From: a bacterium
GTDB taxonomy: Bacteria; Myxococcota_A; Bradymonadia; UBA7976; UBA1532
Assembly: GCA_030426085.1 (NCBI GenBank)
Contig: JAUHYW010000060.1
Coordinates: 1 to 64,000 of the forward strand
Length of the DNA: 64,000 bases
Reading direction: 5' to 3'
The notes under the pieces are model-generated. The model was not told the origin of the DNA and did not search any database. It was given only the letters and a program-made list of their open reading frames with translations. Both the position numbers and the translations under genes were made by a program. Numbering within the stretch: position 1 is the first letter of the stretch; each line of letters begins with the position of its first letter. Shown here in pieces: positions 49,433-59,313 of this stretch.

Positions 49433-49681
49433 ATGAAACTCGATGATCTACATGCTGCCGAGCTGAAGCGCTTCTCGTACTGGGTGCTCCGCTACGCCCG
49501 TGAAGAGGGGCTGGGCATCAACGAGATGCACCGCCGTTGTCGACTGGGCCAGGGCACCTATTTCAGTGCGATCCATGGCAGGGGCAACCCGACCTCCCGC
49601 ACCATGACCGCCATCGCCGCGGTGCTGGAGCGGCCACTGGGTGAGCTGCTCGCCCCCATCCCCGAAGACGACGGCGCCTGA
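49433..49681 (+). CDS. Small XRE-family HTH transcriptional regulator (82 aa)
   Basis: ...LRYAREEGLGINEMHRRCRLGQGTYFSAIHGRGNPTSRTMTAIAAVLERPLGELL fits the HTH_XRE helix pattern. Atypical low-GC codons (AAA, GAT, CTA, CAT). Confidence 0.55.
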   Translation: MKLDDLHAAELKRFSYWVLRYAREEGLGINEMHRRCRLGQGTYFSAIHGRGNPTSRTMTAIAAVLERPLGELLAPIPEDDGA

Positions 49682-49746
49682 GCCCGCGGGCTCCGCCCGC
49701 CACCGCGCTCCGCCCGCCTCCGCTCACCGCCCGCCGCCGTCGCGGC

Positions 49747-51906
49747 TCACTCCGGACAGTACAGGTTCTCGCTCAGCGTCGGCGCCTCGGCGTTGAGCAC
49801 CGCGCCCCCCGCGGCCTCGGCCGTGCAGTGGTGGTCGAAGCGGTTGCGGCGCACCGTCACGTCGCCGGTGTCGGGGTTGGCGAGCAGCACCGGGGGGAAG
49901 CCGAGGGTCGTGGTCAGGAAGCGGTTGTGCTCGACGAGCACGTCCCCCGCCCCGAAGGCGATCGTGACCAGGGTCCCCGAGGCGTCGACCGTGTTACCCC
50001 GCACAAACACCCCCCGGGTGTAGTCGGAGACGGTGACGCCGGCCACCGCGATGTCGGCGATGACGTTGCCCTCGACGTGGTGTCGCGGCCCGTCGTTGCA
50101 GTGGGTCTGCCGACCGCCGCCGCCCACGATGACCCCCAGATTCGAGCCGGCCATGTCGTTGCCCCGCACCAGCGTGTCGTAGCTGGCCTCGCCGTGCACG
50201 TCGATGTGGGCCTGGTTCATCGTGCGGAAGACCCCGTCGAGCACCTGGGCGTCGCTCGAGCCGAAGTCGACGACGACCCCGTGGCGGGCGACCTCGACCC
50301 GCTCCCGGCGGACCACGGTGCGCCCGGTGCGGATCAGATGCACCCCGTAGCCCTGCCCCCCGCCGCCGTAGGCCGCTGGGTGGTCCATCGAGCAGTCCTC
50401 GACCCGCACGTCGAGCGCCCGCTGCACGACGATGTGGAACTTGCCGAACGCCCCGGCCGAGACGAAGCCGGCCCGGGTCCCCTCGGCCCACTCGATGAAG
50501 AGGCCGTTGTCGTCGATGACCGTCGGGTTGCTGCACCGGGCCTCGGAGAAGTCGTCCACCGCGTCGGCCTCGGGGCAGTTGGCGATCAGGTGCACCCCGA
50601 AGAGGCCGCCGCCGACGATGAGCTCGGCCGGCACCAGTCGGGGGTTGGCCTCGGGGGGCACGTCGAGGTTGAGCGGGCGGTCCACCTCGACGATCACCGC
50701 CTCTTCGTCGTCGGGGTCGGGGGCGATCGCGAGCACCCGCAGGTGGCGGCCGATGTGGCGGGCGAAGCGCTCCACGTCGCGACCGTCGATACACACCGGG
50801 GGCACCTCGCCGAAGTCGTCGGCGGTCAGCCAGACCCGCTCGGGGCGCCACTCGGGGCCGGCGTCGACCCGCAGGAAGCGGCTCGACCCGTCGAACGGCG
50901 CCAGGATGGGGGCCACCTCGCCGTTGCGCAGGCCGCCGCCCGCGAAGCGCACCGCCGCCATCTGGCCCCCGGGCGGCGGATCCCAGAAGAGCGTGGTCGA
51001 GGCCTCGAAGCCGTCGGGGCCGGCCCCCTCGATGCGCACGTGGTCCCGGGCGACCCGCAGGGTGCTGCGCAGGGTGTAGGTCTCGGGGCGCAGGCGCACG
51101 GTGACCGGGCCCGGGGGAGCCTCGGCGATGGCGGCGGCGATGAGGGCCCCGTCGTCGCAGTCGGGCTCGGCGCAGGGGGTCGGCTCGAGCACGGTGACCG
51201 CCTCGGGGAAGAGCGCGAACGGGGCGTCGACCGGCGGGGGCAGCGGGGAGAGCGGGTCGACCAGCCACACGTCGCGCACCACCGCGCCGCCGCCGACCGC
51301 CTCGAGCTCGAGGGTCCACGGGCCGGGGCCGACCGGCAGCGGGACCGGGGGCGGCGCGGCCTCGGGGCCGTAGCCCGGCCCGGTCCAGTCGGCGTAGGGC
51401 TGCCGGGCCCGGCGGGGCGGGGCGTCGGCGTCGCCCCGGAGCTCCACCGGCGCGTCGACCGCGTCGTCGGCGGTGGTCCAGCGGACCCGGAAGGCGCCGT
51501 CCTCCACCCGCCAGAGGGTCGCCGCCACCACCAGCTCCAGCGCCGGGGCGTCGGCCTGATCGTCGGGGTCGAGGGCCCAGCGCAGGGTCGCGCCCGGGTC
51601 GAGCAGCACCCCCTCGCCGGCCAGGCCCTCGATGATCGCGTGGCTGCCGGCGATCTCGGCTGCGTCGAGCGCCAGCCGGCGGCGGGGCACCGGGTCGCGG
51701 GGGGCGGCGTCCACCGCGAGGTCGGGCCGGGCGTCGGCCGGGCCGGCGTCGACCGGGTCGGCGTCCCGATCGGCGTCGGGGGCCGCGTCGGGCGCCATGT
51801 CGACCGGGGCGGCGTCGGGCGGGCCGGGTTCGAGGGTGGACGGGTCGTCGTCACAGCCGCCGACGACGGCGGCTGTCAGGAGCAATGTCAGGAGGTTTCG
51901 GTGCAT
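49747..51906 (-). CDS. Lipoprotein with right-handed parallel beta-helix (pectate-lyase-like) domain
   Basis: VVGGC lipobox. C-terminal half has repeated ...GNxIxDxxxxGV...G... turns (HDGPRHHVEGNVIADIAVAGVTVSD..GVFVRGNTVDASG). Asp/Pro-rich linker. Confidence 0.6.
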   Translation of the reverse strand: MHRNLLTLLLTAAVVGGCDDDPSTLEPGPPDAAPVDMAPDAAPDADRDADPVDAGPADARPDLAVDAAPRDPVPRRRLALDAAEIAGSHAIIEGLAGEGVLLDPGATLRWALDPDDQADAPALELVVAATLWRVEDGAFRVRWTTADDAVDAPVELRGDADAPPRRARQPYADWTGPGYGPEAAPPPVPLPVGPGPWTLELEAVGGGAVVRDVWLVDPLSPLPPPVDAPFALFPEAVTVLEPTPCAEPDCDDGALIAAAIAEAPPGPVTVRLRPETYTLRSTLRVARDHVRIEGAGPDGFEASTTLFWDPPPGGQMAAVRFAGGGLRNGEVAPILAPFDGSSRFLRVDAGPEWRPERVWLTADDFGEVPPVCIDGRDVERFARHIGRHLRVLAIAPDPDDEEAVIVEVDRPLNLDVPPEANPRLVPAELIVGGGLFGVHLIANCPEADAVDDFSEARCSNPTVIDDNGLFIEWAEGTRAGFVSAGAFGKFHIVVQRALDVRVEDCSMDHPAAYGGGGQGYGVHLIRTGRTVVRRERVEVARHGVVVDFGSSDAQVLDGVFRTMNQAHIDVHGEASYDTLVRGNDMAGSNLGVIVGGGGRQTHCNDGPRHHVEGNVIADIAVAGVTVSDYTRGVFVRGNTVDASGTLVTIAFGAGDVLVEHNRFLTTTLGFPPVLLANPDTGDVTVRRNRFDHHCTAEAAGGAVLNAEAPTLSENLYCPE

Positions 51907-52137
51907 GTTGCCCACTGTATCAGTGACCGGGAAGCGTAGACCGCAACGAAGTCGGCGAGACCCGCGACCGCCCTCCGGCATCCGCCCCACGACCGCCCGC
52001 GGCCGGGGCCGGATCCGCCGAGCGCGCCCTCCGCTGGAACACGGTCGGCGGGGCCCCGGTTGCTGGATCGACCCCGCCCGTCGTGCTAAACGGTTCCGCT
52101 GCGGGCGCGCGTCCCGCTTCGTCGACTGGAGAACGCG

Positions 52138-52623
52138 GTGCTGACCGAGTTCCTGCTTGGAGTGACCCTCATCGGGGCCGAATGGGTCCTGTACCTGCTG
52201 GTGATCATGTCGTTCGTCTCGCTGGCCCTCATCGGCGAGCGCATGGTCTTCTATCGGCGCGCCGAGCAGAACCGGAAGGCCCTGCGCGCCGCCCTCGCCG
52301 ACGACGGCGAGGAGGGGCTGCGGGTGCACCTCGAGCGCAACCTCACGATCCTGGCCTCCATCGGCTCCAACGCGCCGTTCATCGGCCTCTTCGGCACCGT
52401 GCTGGGCATCATCCGCGCCTTCCACGAGCTGTCGGGCGACCTGACCGGCGGGGCCGACGTGGTCATGGGCGCGATCTCGGAGGCGCTGGTGGCCACCGCG
52501 GTGGGCATCTTCGTCGCCATCCCCGCGCTCGCCGCCTACAACGGCTTCATGCGCAAGGTCGAGCAGCTCTATGCCCTCGCGGTGGGGCCGGGGGCGGCGG
52601 CCGGGGCCGAGAGCGGGGACTGA
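52138..52623 (+). CDS. exbB: MotA/TolQ/ExbB-family proton channel protein
   Basis: 3 TM, LGTVLGIIRAF motif. GTG start. Confidence 0.7.
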   Translation: MLTEFLLGVTLIGAEWVLYLLVIMSFVSLALIGERMVFYRRAEQNRKALRAALADDGEEGLRVHLERNLTILASIGSNAPFIGLFGTVLGIIRAFHELSGDLTGGADVVMGAISEALVATAVGIFVAIPALAAYNGFMRKVEQLYALAVGPGAAAGAESGD

Positions 52624-52624
52624 C

Positions 52625-53071
52625 GTGGGCGCGTCGACCGGGGGCCGGGGCAAAGTCGTCGCGGCGATCAACGTCACGCCGCTCGTCGACGTGGTGCTCG
52701 TGCTCCTGATCATCTTCATGGTCACCGCCACCTACATCGCCCGTCAGGCCTTCGAGGCCGAGCTGCCCACCGCGGCCAAGGCCGACCCGCTCGAGGCCAA
52801 CCCCCCGCTCGTCATCGAGGTGCGCGCCGATCGCTCGATCTGGGTCGGCGGCGAGTCGTTCTCCATCGAGGCCCTGCCCGAGCGGGTGCGCCGCAAGGAC
52901 GGGCCCGACGGCAAGATCGCCGAGCAGGCGGTCATCGCCGCCGACAAGGCGGTGGACTACGGCCGGGTGACCGAGGTCATCGACCTGATCCGGCGCAACG
53001 GCATCGAGAAGTTCGCCCTCGAGATCCGGCTGGCGCCCAAAGCGGCCGCGCCCGAGGAGGCGACGCCGTGA
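52625..53071 (+). CDS. exbD: ExbD/TolR biopolymer transport protein
   Basis: AINVTPLVDVVLVLLIIFMV is the canonical ExbD N-terminus. GTG start 2 nt after the exbB stop. Confidence 0.75.
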   Translation: MGASTGGRGKVVAAINVTPLVDVVLVLLIIFMVTATYIARQAFEAELPTAAKADPLEANPPLVIEVRADRSIWVGGESFSIEALPERVRRKDGPDGKIAEQAVIAADKAVDYGRVTEVIDLIRRNGIEKFALEIRLAPKAAAPEEATP

Positions 53072-53898
53072 GCCGCGACCTCGAATCGCTGCGCCCCCGG
53101 GCCTCGATGTGGGTCGCGGTGGGCATCGGCTCGCTGCTGCTGCACGGGGGGGTCGCCGCGGGGCTGTCGAGCTACGAGCCGCCGCCGCCGCCGCCGGTGG
53201 TCGTGCCGGTCGAGGTCCGGGTCATCGAGGCCCCGCCCCCGCCGCCGCCGAAGCCGCCCGAGCCGGAGAAGCCGCCCGAGCCGCCGCCGCCCGAGCCGGA
53301 GAAGCCCCGGGAGGCGGTGAAGCAGAAAGATCCGCCGCCGCCGCCGAAGAAGAAGCCCCGGCGCCGGAAGCCGAAGAAGCCGAAGCCGCCGAAGCCCGAT
53401 CCGGCGCCACCGCCGGCCCAGCCGAAGGCCGACGCGCCGACCGAGCCTCCGCTGATGATGGGGCTGGAGTTCGAGGGGCTCGCCACGAGCAAGACCGGGG
53501 TCGCGGTGCCGCAGGGCGCAGCCGACGGGGCCCGGGACGGGGCGGTGGACGGCACCGGCCGCAAGGGCCCCCGGGCGCCGACCGAGCCGGGGGCCGGCGA
53601 CGCCGAGGAGACGGTGCCGGTGGCCGGGGTCACGACGCTGCCCCGCCTCATCCGGGAGGTGAAGCCCGACTTCCCCGACGCGCTGAAGCGGCGCGGCGTC
53701 GAGGGCAAGGTGGTGCTGACCCTCGAGATCGGCTCCGATGGGCGGGTGCGCAAGGCCCGGGTGGTCGCCCGGCTGCACCCCGAGCTGGACAAGCTCGCCC
53801 GTCGGGCGGCGCTGAAGCTGCGTTTCGAGCCGGCAAAAGTCAGGGGGACGCCGGTCGCGGTGAACCTGCCATATACGTTCTACTTCGTCATCGATTGA
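53068..53898 (+). CDS. tonB: TonB energy transducer
   Basis: TM anchor, long (EP/KP) proline-rich spacer, C-terminal TonB_C (KVVLTLEIGSDGRV...). Confidence 0.8.
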   Translation: MSRDLESLRPRASMWVAVGIGSLLLHGGVAAGLSSYEPPPPPPVVVPVEVRVIEAPPPPPPKPPEPEKPPEPPPPEPEKPREAVKQKDPPPPPKKKPRRRKPKKPKPPKPDPAPPPAQPKADAPTEPPLMMGLEFEGLATSKTGVAVPQGAADGARDGAVDGTGRKGPRAPTEPGAGDAEETVPVAGVTTLPRLIREVKPDFPDALKRRGVEGKVVLTLEIGSDGRVRKARVVARLHPELDKLARRAALKLRFEPAKVRGTPVAVNLPYTFYFVID

Positions 53899-53914
53899 CG
53901 CCCCGAGGCTTCGT

Positions 53915-56548
53915 TTGACCCGCCGTCCGCCGCTCGCGCGCGCTTTGATCTGGGCCGCGCTGCTCGCCTTCCCGCTGTCGGCCACGGCCCAGGACCGCCC
54001 GGGCCCGCCCCCCGAGCCCGCCGCCGAAGCGCCCCCGAAGAAGCCCGAGCTCACCAAGGCCCCCCAGCTCGTGACCTACGTCGACCCGGTCTACCCCGAG
54101 GCGGCCGAGGCCGAGAAGCTCGAGGCCGAGGTGAAGGTGATCCTGACGCTGTCGGCCGAGGGCCTGGTGACCGAGGTCCAGCCGCCCGACCCCCCGGTGG
54201 GCCACGGCTTCGACGAGGCGGCGGTGGCCGCCGCGAAGCAGCTCGTCTTCACCCCGGGCGAGATCGACGGGGTGCCGGCCCCCATCCGGGTGCCGTTCAA
54301 GTACACCTTCCAGTTCGTGCCCGATCCGGTGCAGGTCGAGGCGCCCGAGCCGGAATACGGCCGGGTCGTGGGCCGGGTGCGGGAGCAGGGGACCCGGCTG
54401 CCCCTGCCGGCGGTGCCGGTGAGCGTCGGCGAGCGGGAGGTCATCTCGGACGAGAGCGGCCGCTTCGCCATCGACGAGGTGCCCCCCGGGGACTACGAGC
54501 TGGTGGCCACCTCGGTCGACCACCGCCGGCAGCGGGTGCCGGTGACCCTCGCCGCCGGCGAGGAGGTCGAGGTCGACCTGCGGCTCGAGCGGCTGCGCAG
54601 CTCGCCCTACGAGACCATCGTGCGCGGCGACCGGGCCAAGACCAGCCTCACCCGGCGCACGCTGGAGAAGGACGCCCTGCGCACGGTGCCCGGCACCTTC
54701 GGCGACCCGCTGCGGGCGGTGATGAACCTGCCCGGTATGGCCCGCTCGCCGTACATCCTGGGGGTGCTGCTGGTGCGCGGCTCGACCCCCGGCGACTCGG
54801 CGGTGATGATCGACGGGCACGAGGTGCCGCTGCTGTTCCACTTCCTCGGCGGGCCCTCGGTGCTGCCCCCCGAGATGCTCGAGCGCATCGACTACTACCC
54901 GGGCAACTTCTCGGTGCGCTTCGGCCGGGCCATCGGGGGCGTCGTCGACGTGGGCACCCGCAAGACGACCTCCAAGCAGTGGCGGGGCAGCCTCGAGATC
55001 GACCTGTTCGACACCGGGCTGTACCTCGAGGGCCCGATCACCGACGACATCAGCTTCTCGGCGTCGATGCGCCGGAGCTACATCGATCTGGTCATCTCGG
55101 CGGTGTACGACGTCTTCGGGGTGCAGAGCGTGGGGCAGGTGCTGCCCCGGTACTACGACTATCAGGCCCGCCTCGACTGGCGGGTGAACAGCCACCACAG
55201 CCTGACCCTGCTCGCGTTCGGCTCGGACGACGACCTCGAGGTCATCGGCACCGCCGGCACCCAGACCGCCTACGACGTGACCGCCGGCATCGCCTTCCAC
55301 CGGGTCAAGCTCGACTGGCGGGCCCGGCTGAGCAAAGAGGTCGAGTTCACCCTCTCGCCGGTCATCGGCTTCAATACGCTGGGCTTCGAGGTGGGCGAGG
55401 TGCAGGTCGAGGCGCAGTTCACCGAGATGGCCCTGCGCTACGATCTGCGCATCCAGCCGGTGGACGATCTGGTGCTGCGCACCGGCTTCGACTCCCGGGT
55501 CCGGGTGGCCGACGGGATCGGCGCGATCCCGGTGCCGACCGGCGGCGGCCTGCGCCCGTTGCCGGGGGCCAACGTCGGCGAGTTGTCCCCGGTCGACCTC
55601 GAGCGCGATCTGGCCATCCTCGAGGGCGGGGTGTTCCTGGAGGCCGAGTGGCGCCCGTTCGGGGGCCCGGTCACCCTCATCCCCGGGGTGCGGACCGACC
55701 AGTACCAGTGGGTCGGCCGCTATCGGTGGTTCTTCGACCCCCGGGTCACCGCGCGCTGGACGCTCGACGAGGCCGGGGCGTGGACCCTCAAGGGCGGGGT
55801 GGGGCTGTTCAATCAGCCGCCGACCGAGCTGCGGCTCGACCCGGAGTTCGGCAACCCCGACCTCGAGCCGGAGTGGGCGATCCACTACGGGCTGGGGGTC
55901 GAGTACCAGATCACCGACGCGCTGAGCCTCGACGTGCAGGGCTTCTACATCGACCGCCGCGACCTGAGCGATCAGGTCGAGGGCTTCGAGGTCGAGGGGT
56001 TGAGCCTGACCGAGCCCAACTTCCGCAACATCGCCCGGGGCCGGGCCTACGGGCTGGAGCTGATGCTCAAGCACGAGGTGACCCGCGACGTCTACGGCTG
56101 GATCTCGTACACCCTCTCCCGCTCGGAGGAGGACGACGGGCCGGGCACCCCGATGACGGCGACGCCCTTCGACCAGACCCACAACCTGGTGGTGGTCGCG
56201 AGCTGGAAGTTCGCCCCCAACTGGGAGGCCGGGCTGCGCTTCCGGCTGGTGTCGGGCAACCTCGAGACCCCGGTCGTCGGCTCGACGTTCGACGCCGACG
56301 AGGGCTCGTACACCCCGATCGAAGGCGCCGAGGACAGCCAGCGGGTGGCCCCGTTCAACCAGCTCGACATCCGGCTGGAGCGCATCTGGGACTACGAGGT
56401 GTGGAATCTGGCGGCGTTCGTCGACCTGCAGAACATCTACAATGCGCTCAACCCCGAGGCGACTCGCTATGATTACCGCTACCGGGAGGCAGGCCCGCTG
56501 CCCGGCCTGACCGTCCTGCCGAGCCTCGGCCTGCGAGGGAGCTTCTGA
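53915..56548 (+). CDS. TonB-dependent receptor with N-terminal TonB_C-like domain and carboxypeptidase-regulatory-like domain (Oar-like architecture)
   Basis: Signal peptide, then YPEAAEAEKLEAEVKVILTLSAEGLV...PIRVPFKYTFQF (TonB_C-like). Then GRVVGRVREQGTRLPLPAVPVSV...GRFAIDEVPPGDYEL (CarbopepD_reg). Plug and 22-strand barrel follow, ending ...LRGSF. Confidence 0.85.
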   Translation: MTRRPPLARALIWAALLAFPLSATAQDRPGPPPEPAAEAPPKKPELTKAPQLVTYVDPVYPEAAEAEKLEAEVKVILTLSAEGLVTEVQPPDPPVGHGFDEAAVAAAKQLVFTPGEIDGVPAPIRVPFKYTFQFVPDPVQVEAPEPEYGRVVGRVREQGTRLPLPAVPVSVGEREVISDESGRFAIDEVPPGDYELVATSVDHRRQRVPVTLAAGEEVEVDLRLERLRSSPYETIVRGDRAKTSLTRRTLEKDALRTVPGTFGDPLRAVMNLPGMARSPYILGVLLVRGSTPGDSAVMIDGHEVPLLFHFLGGPSVLPPEMLERIDYYPGNFSVRFGRAIGGVVDVGTRKTTSKQWRGSLEIDLFDTGLYLEGPITDDISFSASMRRSYIDLVISAVYDVFGVQSVGQVLPRYYDYQARLDWRVNSHHSLTLLAFGSDDDLEVIGTAGTQTAYDVTAGIAFHRVKLDWRARLSKEVEFTLSPVIGFNTLGFEVGEVQVEAQFTEMALRYDLRIQPVDDLVLRTGFDSRVRVADGIGAIPVPTGGGLRPLPGANVGELSPVDLERDLAILEGGVFLEAEWRPFGGPVTLIPGVRTDQYQWVGRYRWFFDPRVTARWTLDEAGAWTLKGGVGLFNQPPTELRLDPEFGNPDLEPEWAIHYGLGVEYQITDALSLDVQGFYIDRRDLSDQVEGFEVEGLSLTEPNFRNIARGRAYGLELMLKHEVTRDVYGWISYTLSRSEEDDGPGTPMTATPFDQTHNLVVVASWKFAPNWEAGLRFRLVSGNLETPVVGSTFDADEGSYTPIEGAEDSQRVAPFNQLDIRLERIWDYEVWNLAAFVDLQNIYNALNPEATRYDYRYREAGPLPGLTVLPSLGLRGSF

Positions 56549-57759
56549 TGTCGATCGGCACCGCCCTGCGTACCGCGCTCCTCACCGTCGTGGCCCTCGC
56601 CGCGGGCGGGTGCACCGACTTCGACCTCCAGTACCTCGTCGACGACTTCCGGGTGCTGGCGGTGCGGGCGGTGGACGGCCCCGAGGAGTTCGTCGACGCG
56701 CTGGTGATCTTCGACCCCGAGCTGATGGCTCAGCTCGATGGCCTCGACGACATCGAAGACCTCGACGAGCTCGACATCTCGATCGAGGATCTCGAGGATC
56801 AGGTGACCTTCCTGGTCTTCGACCAGACCGTCGACTTCCTCATCGAGCCGCTGGTCGTCGACCCGGCCCACCCCACCGGGCCGTTCCGGCTGCGGGCCCG
56901 TGCCTGTCCGTGGAACGAGACCTATCGCTGCGATGACTACGAGGGCACCGATCTGGTCGTCGACGTGGTCGAGGGCATCGAGGCGTCCCGCAGCGAGGAT
57001 CTGACCTTCTTCTTCCGCCCGGGTATCGGCTTCCTCAACGCGGCCATCGCCGACGATCCGTTCCGCGGCTTCGGCGGGCTCTACATGTTGATCGACATCG
57101 ACATCGAGGGGCCCAGCGGCATCATCCGGGCGGCCAAGACGGTCTCGGTGCAGCCGGCGGGGCTCGACGAGCTGTTCGGGCTCGAGACGCCGATGCAGCC
57201 CAACCGCAACCCCCGGCTGTGCGGGGTCCGGGCGACCTACGGCCCCGCGCAGGCGTACGACTTCACCGACGACGACGTGAAGCGCTACGTCTGGCGCCAG
57301 AAGAACAACGTCAGCCTGTGCGACAACTTCGAGTCGACCGACGGCTACGTCCGGTGGGAGGATCCGCTGTACGTCGTCAGGGGCTCCGACATCGACCTCC
57401 GGCCGCTGCCGCCGCTCGATCGGGGGGGGCAGCTCCGGGCCGAGGAGGAGCGGTACTACACGCTCGCCCTGCCCGTCGACGGGGACGCGCCCACCCTCGC
57501 CCGGCAGTCGGAGCGGCTCGAGATCGACCTGTACGTGACCGCCGGTCGGCTGGACGACGACCGGGCCTTCACCCGCTCGGTCTTCGGCTCGCAGGTCACC
57601 CCCGAGTTCACCTGGTCGGTGCCCGAGCGGACCGGCTTCGTCACCATGTGGCTCGTCCTGCGCGACAACCGGGGCGGGGTGAGTTGGATGGAGCGCCGCA
57701 TGGAGGTCGTGCGGCCCAGCCCGCGTCTGTCAGACGAGGACCTCGAAGAGTCCGAGTGA
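56548..57759 (+). CDS. Lipoprotein of unknown function, translationally coupled to the TonB-dependent receptor
   Basis: TGATG overlap. ALAAGGC lipobox. Acidic. Confidence 0.55.
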   Translation: MSIGTALRTALLTVVALAAGGCTDFDLQYLVDDFRVLAVRAVDGPEEFVDALVIFDPELMAQLDGLDDIEDLDELDISIEDLEDQVTFLVFDQTVDFLIEPLVVDPAHPTGPFRLRARACPWNETYRCDDYEGTDLVVDVVEGIEASRSEDLTFFFRPGIGFLNAAIADDPFRGFGGLYMLIDIDIEGPSGIIRAAKTVSVQPAGLDELFGLETPMQPNRNPRLCGVRATYGPAQAYDFTDDDVKRYVWRQKNNVSLCDNFESTDGYVRWEDPLYVVRGSDIDLRPLPPLDRGGQLRAEEERYYTLALPVDGDAPTLARQSERLEIDLYVTAGRLDDDRAFTRSVFGSQVTPEFTWSVPERTGFVTMWLVLRDNRGGVSWMERRMEVVRPSPRLSDEDLEESE

Positions 57760-58500
57760 CTTCGCCCCGGCCAGCAGCAGCGCGCAGAACAGCATCTTGC
57801 GGATGAAGCCCGCCCCCCGCTTCACCGCCGCCCCCGCCCCGAGCACGCTGCCGAGCAGCCCCCCGGCGGCCAGCACCAGCCCCGGCCGCCACGCGATCTG
57901 CCCCGCGGCGCCGAATACGAGCAGGATGAGCCCGGTGTAGACCAGCACCAGCGCCGCCTTGGCCGCCGCGCCGCGGACCAGGTCGAGCTTCATCGCCCGC
58001 ACCATCACCACCAGCAGCGGGATGCCGACCCCCGCTTGCAGCAGCCCCCCGTAGAGCCCGACCGCGAACAGCGCCAGCCCCCCGCCGACCGAGGGCCAGC
58101 CGGGGGTGGCCCCGGGGTCGGGGTCGGGCACCAGCCACCGGGGGCGGGCGACGAGCAGCACCGCCAGCGTGAGGAACAGCAGCCCGAAGAGGGTCTCGAG
58201 CGCCTCGGCCGGCACCCGGACCGCGACCAGGGCCCCGATCACGGCCCCGGGCAGAGCCCAGGCGGTCGCCCGGAGCACGCTGCGCCAGGGGCGCACCCCC
58301 CGCCGGTGGAAGGTGGCGCTCGCCGCGCCGGCCTGCACCGCGACCGCGAGCCGGTTGGTCCCGTTGGCCACCGAGGCGTCGAGGCCGGTGAGCATCAGCA
58401 GGGGCACCGTCAGCGCCGACCCGCCGCCGGCGACCGTGTTGACGAAGCCGGCCGCGGCGCCGCCGAGCAGGAGCAGCAAGTCGAGGACGAGCGGGTGCAT
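57730..58500 (-). CDS. TauE/SafE (DUF81) family anion exporter
   Basis: 256 aa, 7-8 TM, two-repeat topology with GGGS..VPLL motif. Confidence 0.75.
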   Translation of the reverse strand: MHPLVLDLLLLLGGAAAGFVNTVAGGGSALTVPLLMLTGLDASVANGTNRLAVAVQAGAASATFHRRGVRPWRSVLRATAWALPGAVIGALVAVRVPAEALETLFGLLFLTLAVLLVARPRWLVPDPDPGATPGWPSVGGGLALFAVGLYGGLLQAGVGIPLLVVMVRAMKLDLVRGAAAKAALVLVYTGLILLVFGAAGQIAWRPGLVLAAGGLLGSVLGAGAAVKRGAGFIRKMLFCALLLAGAKSLGLFEVLV

Positions 58501-58602
58501 GGCCTTCCGGGGCAGCGCGGGGCGGTCCGCGGGCCACCCATATCACGTCGGCCGGGCCACGGGGGGCTGGAGTCGGGGCGGGCGCCGAGGCACACTCGGC
58601 CC

Positions 58603-59313
58603 ATGCGCATCGCCATTCTCCAGTGCGGACACCCCTCGAAAGATCTGCTCACCCGCCGCGGGCCCTACGCCCGCTGGATCGCCGAACGCCTCGGCCGGGG
58701 GCTGGCCGACGTCGAGGTGCTCGACGCGGTCGGCGGGGCGCCCCTGCCCGACCCGGCCGGCATCGAGGGCCTCTTCGTCACCGGCAGCCCGCTCTCGGTG
58801 CGGGATCACGCGCCGTGGTCGGTGGCGGCGACGGCCTGGCTCGCGGGCGTGGTCGACGCCGGGGTGCCCACCCTCGCGATCTGCTACGGCCACCAGATGC
58901 TCGGCGAAGCCCGCGGCGGCGAGGTGGCCCTCAACCCCGACGGCCGGGAGATCGGCGTCGTCGAGGTCGAGCTGCTCGCCGACGACCCGCTGTTCGAGGG
59001 GCTGCCGCGGCGGTGCCCGGTGATCACGACCCACAGCGACGCGGTCACGGTCGCCCCGCCGGGGGTGCCGGTGATCGCCCGCAGCGCGCGCTGCGCCAAC
59101 CAGGCGATGGCGCTCGGGCCCCGGGCCCGCTCGATCCAGTGGCACCCCGAGATGGACGCCGACATCATCCGGGCGATCATCGCGTCCCGGGCGGCCGCCA
59201 TCGACGCCGAGAGCGGCCTCGGATCGGCGAAGCGCTTCGCCGAGGGGGCCTACGACGTCGAATCGGGGCCCCGCATCTTCGACAACTTCGCGCGGCACTT
59301 CCTGGCGCGATGA
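58603..59313 (+). CDS. Class I glutamine amidotransferase-like protein
   Basis: LAICYGHQML (catalytic Cys) and QWHPE (His) motifs. Confidence 0.7.
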   Translation: MRIAILQCGHPSKDLLTRRGPYARWIAERLGRGLADVEVLDAVGGAPLPDPAGIEGLFVTGSPLSVRDHAPWSVAATAWLAGVVDAGVPTLAICYGHQMLGEARGGEVALNPDGREIGVVEVELLADDPLFEGLPRRCPVITTHSDAVTVAPPGVPVIARSARCANQAMALGPRARSIQWHPEMDADIIRAIIASRAAAIDAESGLGSAKRFAEGAYDVESGPRIFDNFARHFLAR

